Shown: positions 29,684-40,508, counted from the first letter of the stretch. The stretch: DNA of 64,000 bases from an uncultured Actinomycetota bacterium (GCA_963700375.1 CAVOXF010000003.1:13079-77078), one strand, 5' to 3'. Notes: generated from the sequence alone by a model not told the origin. Made by a program: numbers and translations.

Positions 29684-30373
29684 TCATCGCCTACGCACCC
29701 AGCCGATAGCCGACGCCCCGCACCGTCTCGATGCTCGTGGCGCACCGTCGACTTGTTCGAGCTTCCGCCGGAGGCGCCGGATGTGCTGGTCGAGGGTCTT
29801 CGAATCGGTCCACGTGATGCCCCATATCTCATCGAGGAGCCGCTCGCGGGGCACGATCCGCCCCCGCTCGATCATCAACGCCTCCAGCACCTCGAACTCC
29901 TTGCGGGGCAGGTCGAACACCAACGCTCCGGCGCGAAGCTGATAGCGCCCCTGGTCGAGTTCTATGTTGCCGGCTCGCACGATCCGTTCCTCTGTTCCAC
30001 GGGTCTCGCCATCAGCGATCGACCGTCGGAGAGCGGCGTGAACGCGGGCGAGGAGCTCGCGAATCGAATAGGGCTTCGCCAGGTAGTCGTCGGCCCCTAA
30101 CTCGAGCGCGGTAACGATGTCCGATTCAGCATCCTTGGCTGAGAGCACAATCACCGGCGTGGTCGCCTCGGTACGAATCCTGCGGAGCACATCCAACCCC
30201 GACATCTCCGGCAACATGAGGTCGAGCAACACAATGTCGGGAACATCCTCGAGGAAGGCCATGAGTCCAGCTCGTCCATCCATGGCAGCTGATACGTCGA
30301 AACCCTCCCGCTCGAGAGCAACGGACAAGGCCTCCACGTAGGCCGGTTCATCCTCGACGACTAGAACACGCAT
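29684..30373 (-). pseudogene. regX3: OmpR/PhoB-family response regulator (RegX3-like) with a -1 frameshift in the DNA-binding wing near 29730..29740
   Basis: REC domain (MRVLVVEDEP...D...K) plus winged helix; the annotated frame ends ...APRASRRCGASAIGWVRRR, while the alternate frame encodes the canonical OmpR C-terminus IETVRGVGYRLGA followed by TAG at 29691. Confidence 0.75.
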
Positions 30374-30377
30374 GTTC

Positions 30378-31586
30378 TCAACTCCTTGGAGAAGGCAGAC
30401 GCAACGTGAACGTGCTCCCTTCCGCCGGTACGGACTCGACCGAAACCGAACCTCCGTGGGCCTCGGCCACGTTCCGCACGATCGACAGCCCGAGACCGGT
30501 CCCTCCGGACGATCGCCCTCGGCCCCGCTCAACACGATAGAACCGCTCGAAGATTCGGTCGAGGTGCTCCGCTGAGATTCCGCTTCCATGGTCCTCAACG
30601 GCAATCACTACCTGATCATCGCTGCAGCGTACCGAAACAGCCACCGCCACACCCTCGCCCTCCGGCGAGTACTTGATCGCATTCTCGAGAAGGTTCACGA
30701 CGGCCGACGTCAACTGCTCCAGGTTGCCGACGACGACGGCAGAGCAGTCTCCCCCATCGAGGTCGACCCTGACGCCGGCCTCGGCCGCGACGACCGAGAC
30801 ACGCGACATCGCTTCGTCAATCACGCTGGCGACGCTGACGGACTCGAATGGAGTTTCGAGCGATTCGATATCGGCAAGCGTGACGATGTCGTCAACGAGA
30901 TGTGCCATGCGGTTTGCCTCCGAGATCAGCCGCTCGACAAGCCGCCTCCTCGTATCGGGGTCATCAGTGTCGCCCAGAGTCTCCGCCAGAATCGCAAGTG
31001 CACCCAGCGGTGTCTTCATCTCATGTCCGGCGTTCGTCAGGAAGTCTCGTCGCATTGCCTCCACGCGTCGCTGTCCGGACAGATCCCTGATGTACACGGC
31101 TGCCGCATGGTCCCAAATCTCCCCGCTCGGCAATGGCACCGCGCGGAGCCTCATGAATCGACGTACCGGCGTGTAGACATCGAACTCCAACTGCTCCGGA
31201 CTTCCCGAACTCGTGACCCGCTGGATGAGTTGATTCAGCCGACTGCGCGCGGTGGCGTCGCCGATCTTGCCTTCGAGGACACGGCGTCCGACCGTGTTCG
31301 CGTACGCAACCGAGCCTCGCTGGTCAGCAATGATGACACCGAGATCGGTCGATTCGACAACAGCTCGGAATCGGGCAGCCTCGACCCTCGACGCTGCCAG
31401 GTCATCTCGCAGACTGCGTGCCGCTCGCGAAAGGGAGGTCGCTTCAGCCGCATCCGTGGCGGCACCCATGATCTCCAAGGTCGAACTCGCCTCGCGCTCG
31501 AGTTCACGGCGGCGGCGGTTGGCCCACAGAGCAGCCGCAACGGCAGCCACGAAGCCGATGGCAAGGATCACAAGAAGGGGGCTCAC
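30378..31586 (-). CDS. senX3: sensor histidine kinase (SenX3-like: TM, PAS, HisKA, HATPase_c)
   Basis: H-box AGHEMKTPL, N-box LLENAIKY, G-boxes DHGSGI and GGTGLGLSIV; directly upstream of the response regulator (4-nt gap). Confidence 0.8.
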   Translation of the reverse strand: MSPLLVILAIGFVAAVAAALWANRRRRELEREASSTLEIMGAATDAAEATSLSRAARSLRDDLAASRVEAARFRAVVESTDLGVIIADQRGSVAYANTVGRRVLEGKIGDATARSRLNQLIQRVTSSGSPEQLEFDVYTPVRRFMRLRAVPLPSGEIWDHAAAVYIRDLSGQRRVEAMRRDFLTNAGHEMKTPLGALAILAETLGDTDDPDTRRRLVERLISEANRMAHLVDDIVTLADIESLETPFESVSVASVIDEAMSRVSVVAAEAGVRVDLDGGDCSAVVVGNLEQLTSAVVNLLENAIKYSPEGEGVAVAVSVRCSDDQVVIAVEDHGSGISAEHLDRIFERFYRVERGRGRSSGGTGLGLSIVRNVAEAHGGSVSVESVPAEGSTFTLRLPSPRS

Positions 31587-31637
31587 GGCGCGTGACTATA
31601 CGGCCCCGGGAACCAATCCGAACTCCCGCGGACGCGC

Positions 31638-31680
31638 GGTTCATGGGGTTGGCTTGGGAAATCACGTTCAGTTCACTTCG
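31638..31680 (+). promoter_or_regulatory. candidate PHO-box-like direct repeats (GTTCA units; tandem GTTCAGTTCAC at 31666..31676) in the divergent senX3 / pstS promoter region
   Basis: GTTCA pentamers recur about 110-150 bp upstream of pstS; PhoP/RegX3-type regulators of actinobacteria bind direct repeats of this type; inference only. Confidence 0.25.
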
Positions 31681-31786
31681 GGGCCGCCTGACCTTCAAAG
31701 GGCCTCCATAGCCTGTCGTCCGATGATCGAAGCAGCTGTTCAACGCACGTCGTCGTCAGCTCATTGGCACAGAAGGAGAACGATCA

Positions 31787-32863
31787 ATGAAACGAACCAT
31801 GTTCCTGATCGTTGCGCTCGTCGCGTTTGCGCTCGTCGCTGCGGCGTGTAGCACCGACAGCGACGAGACCACGACCACCGCCGCAGGCACCGACGAGACC
31901 ACGACGACCGCCGCCTCGAGTGGTGGAGACACATCACAATGGGGCCTCCCCATCATCGACCCGCTCGATATTCCGGCGGGCGATATCGCCATCGCCGGCT
32001 CGTCAACGGTCTTCCCGCTGTCGGTCGCGATCCTCGACCAGTGGCAGGACGAGGGCGGTCCGGAGTACGCGATCGATTCGATCGGCTCCGGGGGCGGTTT
32101 CGAGCGGTTCTGTGTGGAGGGAGCCTCCGACATCTCGAACGCCAGCCGCGCCATCAAGGATGAAGAGATCGCTGCCTGCGGCGACCTCGATCCGGCTCGA
32201 TTCCCAATCGAGGTTCGTGTTGGCACGGATGCACTCTCGCTGGTACTCGGCACGGGCAACTACTTTGCCCAGGAGCTGACGATTGAGGAGCTCGCCGCTG
32301 TGTTCTCGGCCCCGGCCGGCGCCACGTGGGACACGATCAACCCCGCCTTCCCTGCCCACCCGATCCAAGCGTTCTCGCCTGGAGCTGACTCGGGTACGTT
32401 CGACTACTTCAATGAGGTGGTCTTCGGCGAGGCCGATCCGTCGCCGATCCTCGAATCCGGTGTCGTCGAGATCGTCGGTGAAGACGACAACCTCACCGTG
32501 CGTGGTGTGGGGGACGATGGATGCACCGAGGGCGACCTGAGCTCAACCTGCGCAATTGGCTACTTCGGATACGCCTACTACCAGGAGAACTCCGACACCC
32601 TCGAAGTCGTCGCCGTCGACGCTGGTGAGGGCCCGGTGGCACCCACCATCGACACGGTCAACGACAACTCGTACCCGATCTCCCGTCCGTTGTACATGTA
32701 CACCGACGAATCCGTCATTGTGGCCAAGCCACAGGTGGCCGACTTCATGGCCTACTACCTGAACAACGTGAACGACCTTATCGGAGAGGTCGGCTACTTC
32801 CCGGCACCGGACGCGGCCCTGCAGCAGGCTGCCGACGCCATCAAGGCAGCAGCAGGCTGGTAG
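31787..32863 (+). CDS. pstS: phosphate ABC transporter substrate-binding lipoprotein PstS
   Basis: signal peptide with lipobox (LVAAAC), Thr-rich linker, PstS family domain; AGGAGAA RBS. Confidence 0.85.
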   Translation: MKRTMFLIVALVAFALVAAACSTDSDETTTTAAGTDETTTTAASSGGDTSQWGLPIIDPLDIPAGDIAIAGSSTVFPLSVAILDQWQDEGGPEYAIDSIGSGGGFERFCVEGASDISNASRAIKDEEIAACGDLDPARFPIEVRVGTDALSLVLGTGNYFAQELTIEELAAVFSAPAGATWDTINPAFPAHPIQAFSPGADSGTFDYFNEVVFGEADPSPILESGVVEIVGEDDNLTVRGVGDDGCTEGDLSSTCAIGYFGYAYYQENSDTLEVVAVDAGEGPVAPTIDTVNDNSYPISRPLYMYTDESVIVAKPQVADFMAYYLNNVNDLIGEVGYFPAPDAALQQAADAIKAAAGW

Positions 32864-32914
32864 CAGGCATTCCACGCGGTTCGACCCCGGTCACCGCATG
32901 AATCTACGATGAAT

Positions 32915-32946
32915 GGCTCCCGGTCGGTCTCAGCCGACCGGGAGCC
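32915..32946 (+). terminator. intercistronic hairpin between pstS and pstC (13-bp stem GGCTCCCGGTCGG / CCGACCGGGAGCC)
   Basis: perfect inverted repeat with 6-nt loop; likely partial terminator giving pstS excess over pstCAB. Confidence 0.55.
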
Positions 32947-32991
32947 ATCGCACGGAGCCGGAAGACACTCGACGCCGAAATCGAAGGCGAC

Positions 32992-33960
32992 ATGACTGCC
33001 AACACACCACAGAACAAGGACAGTACGTCACGGCTCAAGAAACGGCGCCGACCCGGTGAGTCGGTGATCGTTGGGCTCTTGTTTGCGGCCGGAGCACTAT
33101 CGATCGCCATCACCGTCGGCATCCTCTATGAACTCGGGACCGAGTCACTCCTCTTCTTCCGCGACCCGGCGGTCTCGTTCTGGGGCTTCATCACCGGCAC
33201 CGTATGGCAACCTCAGGCCGGTACGTTCGGCATCTGGCCCCTGATCCTCGGTACGTTGCTGATCACCATCATCGCCCTCATCGTCGCCGTCCCCATCGGT
33301 CTCTCTGCGGCCGTCTACCTCTCCGAATACGCCAGCCAACGGGTGCGCGGTTTCTTCAAACCGGTGCTCGAGATCCTCGTCGGCATTCCGACCGTCGTCT
33401 TCGGATTCTTCGCCATCACCTTCATGACGCCGGTGCTTCGCTCGATATTCGGGTCAAGCGTCGTTGGCTTCTTCAACGTGCTTTCTGCCGGCATCGTCGT
33501 CGGGATCTTGATCATTCCGCTCGTCAGCTCCCTCTCCGAGGATGCCATGTCGGCGGTTCCGAATTCGCTGCGGCAGGCGGCGTATGGCCTCGGCGCATCG
33601 AAACTCGAAGTATCCCTGCGGATCGTCTTGCCTGCCGCCCTCTCGGGAATCGCCGCAGGCGTTGTGATTGCCATGTCACGAGCAATCGGCGAGACGATGG
33701 TTGTAACCCTTGCTGCGGGCGCCTCGCCCCGCAACTTCGACATCGGTTCGGATTCGCTCTTTGGCTACATCCTCAACCCGTTCCAAGGCGCCCAGACAAT
33801 GACCGGCTACATCGCTATCACTGCCAGCGGCGACATCAGCTACAACACCATCGACTACAACTCGATCTTCGCCATCGGGTTGACGCTCTTCTTCATGACG
33901 CTCGGCCTCAACTCGCTGAGCCGCCGAATCGTGAAGCGCTTCCGGCAGGAGTACGAATGA
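32992..33960 (+). CDS. pstC: phosphate ABC transporter permease PstC
   Basis: polytopic permease with EAA-like loop (AMSRAIGETMVV). Confidence 0.85.
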   Translation: MTANTPQNKDSTSRLKKRRRPGESVIVGLLFAAGALSIAITVGILYELGTESLLFFRDPAVSFWGFITGTVWQPQAGTFGIWPLILGTLLITIIALIVAVPIGLSAAVYLSEYASQRVRGFFKPVLEILVGIPTVVFGFFAITFMTPVLRSIFGSSVVGFFNVLSAGIVVGILIIPLVSSLSEDAMSAVPNSLRQAAYGLGASKLEVSLRIVLPAALSGIAAGVVIAMSRAIGETMVVTLAAGASPRNFDIGSDSLFGYILNPFQGAQTMTGYIAITASGDISYNTIDYNSIFAIGLTLFFMTLGLNSLSRRIVKRFRQEYE

Positions 33961-35360
33961 GCACCGACCTGGATGTTCGCAGCGGACGGGAATACTTTCC
34001 GACTGCGGAGAAGTATGAGAAATTGCTCCAGAAGCGCACGCGCCGCGCCCTCTTCGCTCAGGCAGCGCTGATGCTTGCCCTCGTCGTCGCGGTTGTCGCT
34101 CTCATCACCCTGCTGCTCACCATCATCAATGACTCGTTCGGGCTCGTTGCCCAGGTCAATCAGGTGGAACCCGAAGAGATTGTGGCTTCGGTGGGCTACG
34201 ACCCGGCAGCGGTTGCCCTAGGTGATCTCTCGAAGGACGAACTCGTCACCGTGCTGCAATCAGGTGTCTCGAACAATGTCGGCCGCCGCTTGGAACGCGA
34301 CCAGCGGTTCTACGAAGACCGGCTGGTTTTCGAATCTCAAGCGAAGTGGGACGAAGTCTGTGCCTCATCGGAGCCGCCAACCGGCTGTTCCGGCGGCTCG
34401 CGCGATCAGTCCAACGTGCTCCTCTTGGTGCAGGAACGAATCGTCGAACCCGACATCGTCGCCACAGCCACCCTCTGGCAGTCGATGTTCAACCCGTCGG
34501 AGTTCGAAGATGCTGTGCAGACGTCGTTCGCTGAGAACCCCGATCGATACGGCGACTACACCTACGATCAGGTTCGGTACCAGTGGCGGGCGTGGCTCAG
34601 CTGGACGTTCGTGACCAGCCCGGCCAGCGCGACTCCCGAGACTGCCGGAATCAGCACTGCGATCCTCGGTTCGCTCTGGCTCGTCGTCATCACCATCCTC
34701 TTCGCCGTCCCCGTCGGTGTGGGTGCCGCGATCTATCTCGAGGAGTTTGCGAAGCCGAATCGCATCAACGACTTCATCCAGACCAATATCAACAACCTGG
34801 CCGGCGTTCCTTCCATCATCTACGGCATGCTCGGCCTCGCCATCTTCGTCCGACTCTTCGAACCGATCACCTCTGGAGCGATCTTCGGTGTAGACACCGC
34901 GAATGGGCGGACCGTGCTGTCGGCAGGCCTCACGCTCGGCGTGCTCACGCTCCCGGTCGTCATCATCAGCGCGCAAGAAGCAATCCGGGCGGTCCCCAAC
35001 TCGTTGAGGCAAGCCGGGTTGGGCCTCGGCGCCACCACGTGGCAAACGGTGCGCAGTCACGTACTCCCCATCGCCCTGCCGGGAATCCTGACGGGAACCA
35101 TCCTCGCCGTCGCCCGAGCGATCGGTGAAACCGCTCCGCTCATCCTTGTCGGCGCTGCCGGATTCATCACGACCAGCCCGTCTGGTCCCTTCTCGCAGTT
35201 CACCGCACTGCCGATCCAGATCTTCCAATGGACCGCCCTGCCGCAGGAGGAGTGGCGTCACCTCGCCGCAGCTGCCAGCCTCGCGCTCCTGGTCCTACTC
35301 TTGATTCTCAACTCCGGCGCCGTGATACTCCGCAACCGATACTCCAGGAGAATGCTGTGA
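33957..35360 (+). CDS. pstA: phosphate ABC transporter permease PstA (with long N-terminal periplasmic extension)
   Basis: ATG overlaps the pstC stop (ATGA); C-terminal permease domain with [12 protein letters not shown] motif. Confidence 0.85.
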   Translation: MSTDLDVRSGREYFPTAEKYEKLLQKRTRRALFAQAALMLALVVAVVALITLLLTIINDSFGLVAQVNQVEPEEIVASVGYDPAAVALGDLSKDELVTVLQSGVSNNVGRRLERDQRFYEDRLVFESQAKWDEVCASSEPPTGCSGGSRDQSNVLLLVQERIVEPDIVATATLWQSMFNPSEFEDAVQTSFAENPDRYGDYTYDQVRYQWRAWLSWTFVTSPASATPETAGISTAILGSLWLVVITILFAVPVGVGAAIYLEEFAKPNRINDFIQTNINNLAGVPSIIYGMLGLAIFVRLFEPITSGAIFGVDTANGRTVLSAGLTLGVLTLPVVIISAQEAIRAVPNSLRQAGLGLGATTWQTVRSHVLPIALPGILTGTILAVARAIGETAPLILVGAAGFITTSPSGPFSQFTALPIQIFQWTALPQEEWRHLAAAASLALLVLLLILNSGAVILRNRYSRRML

Positions 35361-36277
35361 CAAACGAAACGCCCGAATCCGCCGGCGTCGACACAGCGTG
35401 GCGCGACGAGAACCATACCGACCTCGTCGCCGACTTCCCTTCGCCGGACGAGATTCCGCACCACGAGCCAGCGCACGAGCAAGAGGTCGAGGCCCCCGGG
35501 GTCTTGGAGACCATCGATATGAACGTGTTCTACGGCGATTTCAAGGCCGTAGCCGATGTCTCGTTGAACTTCGCCACGAACGACATCAGTGCCTTGATCG
35601 GCCCATCCGGTTGCGGCAAGTCGACGGTATTGCGCTCACTCAATCGGATGAACGACCTGATTGCAACCGCCCACACCACCGGCGAGGTGAGATATCACGG
35701 CTCCAACATCTACGAATCGGGAATCGATCCGGTGGAGATTCGGCGCCACATCGGCATGGTGTTCCAGAAGCCGAACCCCTTCCCGAAATCCATCTTCGAC
35801 AACATCGCGTGGGGCGCCAAGATCAATGGCTTCAAGGGATCGAAAGCCGACATGGGCGATCTGGTAGAGGACACCCTTCGGCAGGCGGCATTGTGGGACG
35901 AGGTCAAGGACAAGCTCAAGGACAGCGGCCTCTCCCTCTCGGGCGGCCAACAACAGCGCCTGTGTATTGCCCGAGCCATCGCAACACAGCCGGATGTCAT
36001 TCTGATGGATGAGCCCTGCTCGGCGCTTGATCCAATTGCGACACTGCGCATCGAGGAGTTGATGATCGACCTCAAGAGCAACTACTCGATCATCATTGTC
36101 ACCCACAATATGCAGCAGGCTGCTCGGGTATCAGACAAGACTGCCTTCTTCAACGTGGCCCTGGATACGAAGGGCCAGCGAACAGGCCACCTGGTCGAGT
36201 TCACCCCGACCGATGAGCTATTCACCACTCCCAGGGAAAAAGCGACCGAGGACTACATCACAGGACGGTTTGGATGA
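35357..36277 (+). CDS. pstB: phosphate ABC transporter ATP-binding protein PstB
   Basis: Walker [10 protein letters not shown], signature LSGGQQQRL, Walker B ILMDEP; start either GTG 35357 (overlapping the pstA stop) or ATG 35519. Confidence 0.85.
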   Translation: MTNETPESAGVDTAWRDENHTDLVADFPSPDEIPHHEPAHEQEVEAPGVLETIDMNVFYGDFKAVADVSLNFATNDISALIGPSGCGKSTVLRSLNRMNDLIATAHTTGEVRYHGSNIYESGIDPVEIRRHIGMVFQKPNPFPKSIFDNIAWGAKINGFKGSKADMGDLVEDTLRQAALWDEVKDKLKDSGLSLSGGQQQRLCIARAIATQPDVILMDEPCSALDPIATLRIEELMIDLKSNYSIIIVTHNMQQAARVSDKTAFFNVALDTKGQRTGHLVEFTPTDELFTTPREKATEDYITGRFG

Positions 36278-36993
36278 TGCCTATGGACACAAACGGGGCT
36301 GACCACAGCAGTCCTTACCACGGCGATATTCGCCTCCGCTACGAAGAGCAGCTAGATGAGATCCGAAGCGGGCTCGTCGAGATGACCTCGCTTGTTCTGG
36401 AAAACACTCGAAAGGCCGGCGCCGTCGTCGTCGACAATCGCCTCGATCTCGTCGATGAGGTTCGAGCAGCGGACAAGCCGATCAACGAGCTCTACGCGAG
36501 GCTCGAGGATCTCGCCTTCCTCATCCTCGCTCGTCAGCAACCGGTGGCGGTAGATCTGAGATTCCTCATTGCCACGACACGGATCCTCTACGAAGCGGAG
36601 CGCTCTGGTGACCTGGCGGTCAACATCGTGAACCGCGTCGAAGCGCACAACGGCTTCCCACAAATACCCTCGATCCACAGCCTTCTCACCCGACTAGTCG
36701 ACGAATCCTGCAAGATGTTCGCCCAGGCCGTCGAGGCGTTGGCGACCTTCGACCCCGAGATCGGCGAGAACGCTGAAGCCGCAGACGACATTGTCGACAC
36801 CACAACGACTCGCTTCTTCGGAACGGTGCACGCTCACAGCACCGAGATCGGCCTCGACTCTGCCGTGGAGTTGACGCACGTCGGGCGCTTCCTCGAGCGA
36901 ATCGCCGACCACGGTGTCAATATCGCCCAGAACGTCACCTACATCGTGACGTCGGTCTTCCCCGATGGGGAAGACATCGAGACAACGAGATAG
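36274..36993 (+). CDS. phoU: phosphate signalling complex protein PhoU
   Basis: two PhoU repeats; overlaps the pstB stop. Confidence 0.85.
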   Translation: MMPMDTNGADHSSPYHGDIRLRYEEQLDEIRSGLVEMTSLVLENTRKAGAVVVDNRLDLVDEVRAADKPINELYARLEDLAFLILARQQPVAVDLRFLIATTRILYEAERSGDLAVNIVNRVEAHNGFPQIPSIHSLLTRLVDESCKMFAQAVEALATFDPEIGENAEAADDIVDTTTTRFFGTVHAHSTEIGLDSAVELTHVGRFLERIADHGVNIAQNVTYIVTSVFPDGEDIETTR

Positions 36994-37092
36994 GATGTCG
37001 TCCGCAATTCACCCGCAGCGTGCACGGGGCGTTCGTTGATCTGATCGCCGGTTCAACTCGTCTGTGTTCGTCTGCCTGACGACCGGACGACA

Positions 37093-38253
37093 TTGGATTC
37101 CGACACCGAGCCCACGAACCTCCTCGAGTCGGGCTCACCTGCGCGGCCCACGATCCCGGGATGGGCACGGACGATCCTCGTCATCGGCCTGCTCTATCTC
37201 TTCCTCGTCGGTGTCAACCTCCTCGAGGGCGGCATCAGCAAGGTCAGCGGCGGGGCGAACGAGAGCCTCTTCGACGGGATCACCAACCCGCTCGCAGCCT
37301 TGGCCGTAGGCATTCTCGCCACCGTCCTCGTGCAGTCGTCTTCGGTAACGACGTCGACGATTGTTGCACTCGTTGCCGCCGGCAGTCTTCCGCTGGAAAC
37401 GGCGGTGCCGATGATCATGGGCGCCAACATCGGCACCACCATCACGAACACCCTCGTCTCTCTCGGTCACGCGAGGCGATCGGATGAGTTCCGCCTCGCC
37501 CTCACCGCGGCCACAATGCACGACTTCTTCAACGTGCTCGCGGTTGTCATCATCCTCCCGCTGGAACTGGCCTTCGGCATCCTGTCGAAACCGGCAGCCG
37601 CCATCGCAAATGCCTTCGCAGGCGAGGTCGGCGGTGGCAAGTTCGATAGCCCGATCAAGGGTGCGGTCAAATGGGGTGCCGGCCTCATCGAGTCACTACT
37701 CGAACTCATCACGAAGAACGAGCGGGCCCTCGGCGCCCTCCTCCTGATCGTCGGCCTGGCGATGATCTTCTTCACGCTCACGTACATCACGAAGAACATG
37801 AAGATCCTCATCGCCGCACGGATCGAACGGTCTCTCAACGCCGCGCTCGCGAAGAGCGGACTGATCGGGATGTCCGTCGGCGTCGTCATCACGATGGCGG
37901 TGCAATCGTCGAGCATCACGACCTCGATCCTGATTCCACTGGTCGCGTCCGGACTCCTGCTCGTGCAGAACGCCTATCCGATCACCCTCGGCGCAAACGT
38001 CGGAACGACGATTACCGCCCTCCTTGCCGCATTCGCCGCCGGAACGGTCGACGGACTCACAATCGCTCTCGTCCACCTCTTGTTCAACGTGCTCGGCATT
38101 CTCATCCTCTACCCGATCCCCAAGATCCGGGTCATCCCGATCCAACTCGCCGGGTTGCTGGCGCGCACCGCGGTCGACCGCAAGTGGGTTGCGGTCGCCT
38201 ACGTTGTAGGTGTATTCATTGCCCTGCCCATATTGGTTATCGTCGTCTCGTAG
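37093..38253 (+). CDS. Na/Pi cotransporter family protein (NptA-like)
   Basis: duplicated Na_Pi_cotrans repeats (GANIGTTITN / GANVGTTITA); start codon uncertain (TTG 37093). Confidence 0.75.
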   Translation: MDSDTEPTNLLESGSPARPTIPGWARTILVIGLLYLFLVGVNLLEGGISKVSGGANESLFDGITNPLAALAVGILATVLVQSSSVTTSTIVALVAAGSLPLETAVPMIMGANIGTTITNTLVSLGHARRSDEFRLALTAATMHDFFNVLAVVIILPLELAFGILSKPAAAIANAFAGEVGGGKFDSPIKGAVKWGAGLIESLLELITKNERALGALLLIVGLAMIFFTLTYITKNMKILIAARIERSLNAALAKSGLIGMSVGVVITMAVQSSSITTSILIPLVASGLLLVQNAYPITLGANVGTTITALLAAFAAGTVDGLTIALVHLLFNVLGILILYPIPKIRVIPIQLAGLLARTAVDRKWVAVAYVVGVFIALPILVIVVS

Positions 38254-38262
38254 GAGGTCCAC

Positions 38263-38931
38263 ATGGTTTTTCAGTTCTTCAAGGGAGGCGAGTCGACGAT
38301 CGACGTGGTCGAGGCGACGCTCGTGCGGATGGTGCTGGACGGACGCGACGTCTACGACACCGCCATGGACGCCCTCTTCGGTGGCGGGAAATCGAAAGAG
38401 ACGAAGCAGGAACTCAAGACGACGGATCGCGTCATCAATACCGCGCAGAAGGACGTTCGCCGGGATCTGATGATCCATGCCTCGGTCAGCGACACCGTGG
38501 ACCTCCCGCTCGTGCTCGCCTATATGAGCACCGTGAAGGACGCCGAGCGGATCGGCGACTACGCGAAGAACTTCTACGACCTGGTCAAGTACGGAGCAGA
38601 CTTCGAGAACGCTCCAGACCGTGATCTCCTGGCCGACTATCGCAACCGCGTGTCGACATTGCTGAGCGACGCGGCACAGACATTCAAGGACCGGGATGAG
38701 AACCGCGCCCGCGAGCTGATCGCCAAAGCCGATGGGTTCCTCGACGAGTACGACGCCCACGTGAAGGCGGCTGCCCAGTCGACCGGTCCCGCATCGGACG
38801 CCGTCGCCCGTGCGCTCTACTTCCGCTTCCTGAAGCGCATCACGGCGCACGTGATGAACTTCCTGACGTCGCTGGTACTCCCTCTCGACCAGCTCGACTA
38901 CTACGACGAGGCCAAAGACGACCGCGTATAG
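38263..38931 (+). CDS. PhoU-domain / DUF47-like regulator paired with the Na/Pi cotransporter
   Basis: AGGAGG RBS before ATG 38263; helical PhoU-like repeats; immediately downstream of the NptA-like gene. Confidence 0.6.
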   Translation: MVFQFFKGGESTIDVVEATLVRMVLDGRDVYDTAMDALFGGGKSKETKQELKTTDRVINTAQKDVRRDLMIHASVSDTVDLPLVLAYMSTVKDAERIGDYAKNFYDLVKYGADFENAPDRDLLADYRNRVSTLLSDAAQTFKDRDENRARELIAKADGFLDEYDAHVKAAAQSTGPASDAVARALYFRFLKRITAHVMNFLTSLVLPLDQLDYYDEAKDDRV

Positions 38932-38961
38932 GTTCTCGCGCGCTCCATGGCTCGCCGGTTG

Positions 38962-39897
38962 CTAGCCGAAGACACGCCGCCACATGCGTCTGAGCCAGTT
39001 GTCCGTCCCAGGATGCGGCAGTTCGGCAAGCACCTCGTCCAGGTGATCGGGCGGTAGGTCGCCGACGAGGGCGACAGACGTTGACGGGGCATTCCACAAG
39101 ACCCATACGCTCGTCGGCGTGACGACCCGCAAGTAGTCGTGATCCCCGGTGGTGTACGGTTGCTCGTCCTCGGCGATGGCGCTCCAATCCGCCCGGCCGC
39201 TCGTTGTGAAGACGGAGAACGTGAACAGCCCGTCGGTGTAGAACGCCTGCCGGCCATCCTGAGGACCGGCGTACGCGTCGGTCAGTCGGTATCCGGCGAG
39301 GACGGCAGGTAGTTCAGCTTCGTCGAGCGGAAGCATCATCCGGTACTCGCGCTCGTCGATCTGTGCCATGACCGGGTCAACCGACACGGTGAAATCCACC
39401 ATGGATGAGTACCGGAACAGCCCACCGTCGGCGTCGTATACCTCGGTCGCGACCGGCGCCGACGTGGAGTCGTCGACCACCACACGGATCCGGACGAAGC
39501 CGTCCTCCATCACTTCGAGGATGCGAGCCGGGCGACCGAGGTGGCGGGTGGCCTCGCCTTCCGTCACGGTGTAGCGATCGCCGAAGTCTGGCCGTGCCTC
39601 GAGAACGAACGCGATGGCGGCCTCGTCCGGTCCGCCGAGGTGCATGCGACCGTCGCCCACCATCGTGAGACCGGACTCCGTCCCGACGCTGGTCAGGCCG
39701 CCGTGATGCTGGATTTGGACCATACCGACGCTCTCGATTCCGTCCCACGACGTCCCGATCAGCCGCTGTCCCGAGTAGATGGCGTCGGCGGCGTCCTCGA
39801 GATAGTCGGAGAGATCGTCTGCCAGAGCGGAACCAACGCCGGCGACCACAAAGACCGCTGTGAGCCCTCCGACGAGGAACAGGCGTCTGATGATCAC
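38962..39897 (-). CDS. secreted MucB/RseB- or LolA-like protein downstream of the anti-sigma factor
   Basis: signal peptide (LTAVFVVAGVGSALA); fold assignment is tentative; operon position after the sigE and anti-sigma genes. Confidence 0.35.
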   Translation of the reverse strand: MIIRRLFLVGGLTAVFVVAGVGSALADDLSDYLEDAADAIYSGQRLIGTSWDGIESVGMVQIQHHGGLTSVGTESGLTMVGDGRMHLGGPDEAAIAFVLEARPDFGDRYTVTEGEATRHLGRPARILEVMEDGFVRIRVVVDDSTSAPVATEVYDADGGLFRYSSMVDFTVSVDPVMAQIDEREYRMMLPLDEAELPAVLAGYRLTDAYAGPQDGRQAFYTDGLFTFSVFTTSGRADWSAIAEDEQPYTTGDHDYLRVVTPTSVWVLWNAPSTSVALVGDLPPDHLDEVLAELPHPGTDNWLRRMWRRVFG

Positions 39898-40508
39898 GGG
39901 AGCGCCACTTCCATGCTCGCGGGGAGGACGGCGAACCCGGGTTCCGCGGAGGCCCGTGCAACGTGCCGGGTACCGAGGTCGTCGAGGGAGAAGGTCGGTC
40001 GGTCACCACCACCAACAACCAACCCGACGAGAAGCGCGGCCGCGGCGGCCGCCCCGATGCCGCCGGCAACGACCTGTCTCCGGCGAGATCCGGCCCGAGG
40101 TACAGGTGTCACAGGAATCTCGCCGGTCATGGTCGTCTCCACCCCGGGGAGCGACCGCACGGCGATCCGCGCCCGGTCGAGATCCTGGAGTTCGTATCGA
40201 CAATCCGAGCACTCGACGATGTGCCGGGTCACGCGCCGGTGCTCGAGCGTGACGAGTTCGCCGTCGAGGTAGGCCGAGAGGCGGTCACCCAAGTGCCCAT
40301 CCGGTAGAAGGTGCGCCGGAACCTCGAACTCGGGCAGCAGACGGAGGGCAACGCGGGTGCTCTGCAGCGAACGGAACTCCTGAATTGCCTCAACATCACC
40401 GTCGAGCAGTTCGCTGACGATCCCGAGCTCGTCGGGAGTCAGCTGTCCGTCGAGGTAGGCGGAGAACAGCTCTCCGCGAGCGTCTGAATCGGGGACTAGA
40501 CGGGCCAT
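39894..40508 (-). CDS. anti-sigma factor (zf-HC2 type, RseA/RsdA-like) with TM segment
   Basis: duplicated SAYLDG(Q/E)L motif, HxxxCxxC (HIVECSDCRYE), single TM; overlaps the sigma factor gene. Confidence 0.7.
   Translation of the reverse strand: MARLVPDSDARGELFSAYLDGQLTPDELGIVSELLDGDVEAIQEFRSLQSTRVALRLLPEFEVPAHLLPDGHLGDRLSAYLDGELVTLEHRRVTRHIVECSDCRYELQDLDRARIAVRSLPGVETTMTGEIPVTPVPRAGSRRRQVVAGGIGAAAAAALLVGLVVGGGDRPTFSLDDLGTRHVARASAEPGFAVLPASMEVALP

Noticed and set aside
37696-38850. 384-aa minus-strand ORF
   Set aside because: Antisense to the nptA-like and PhoU-like genes; charged low-complexity translation without motifs.
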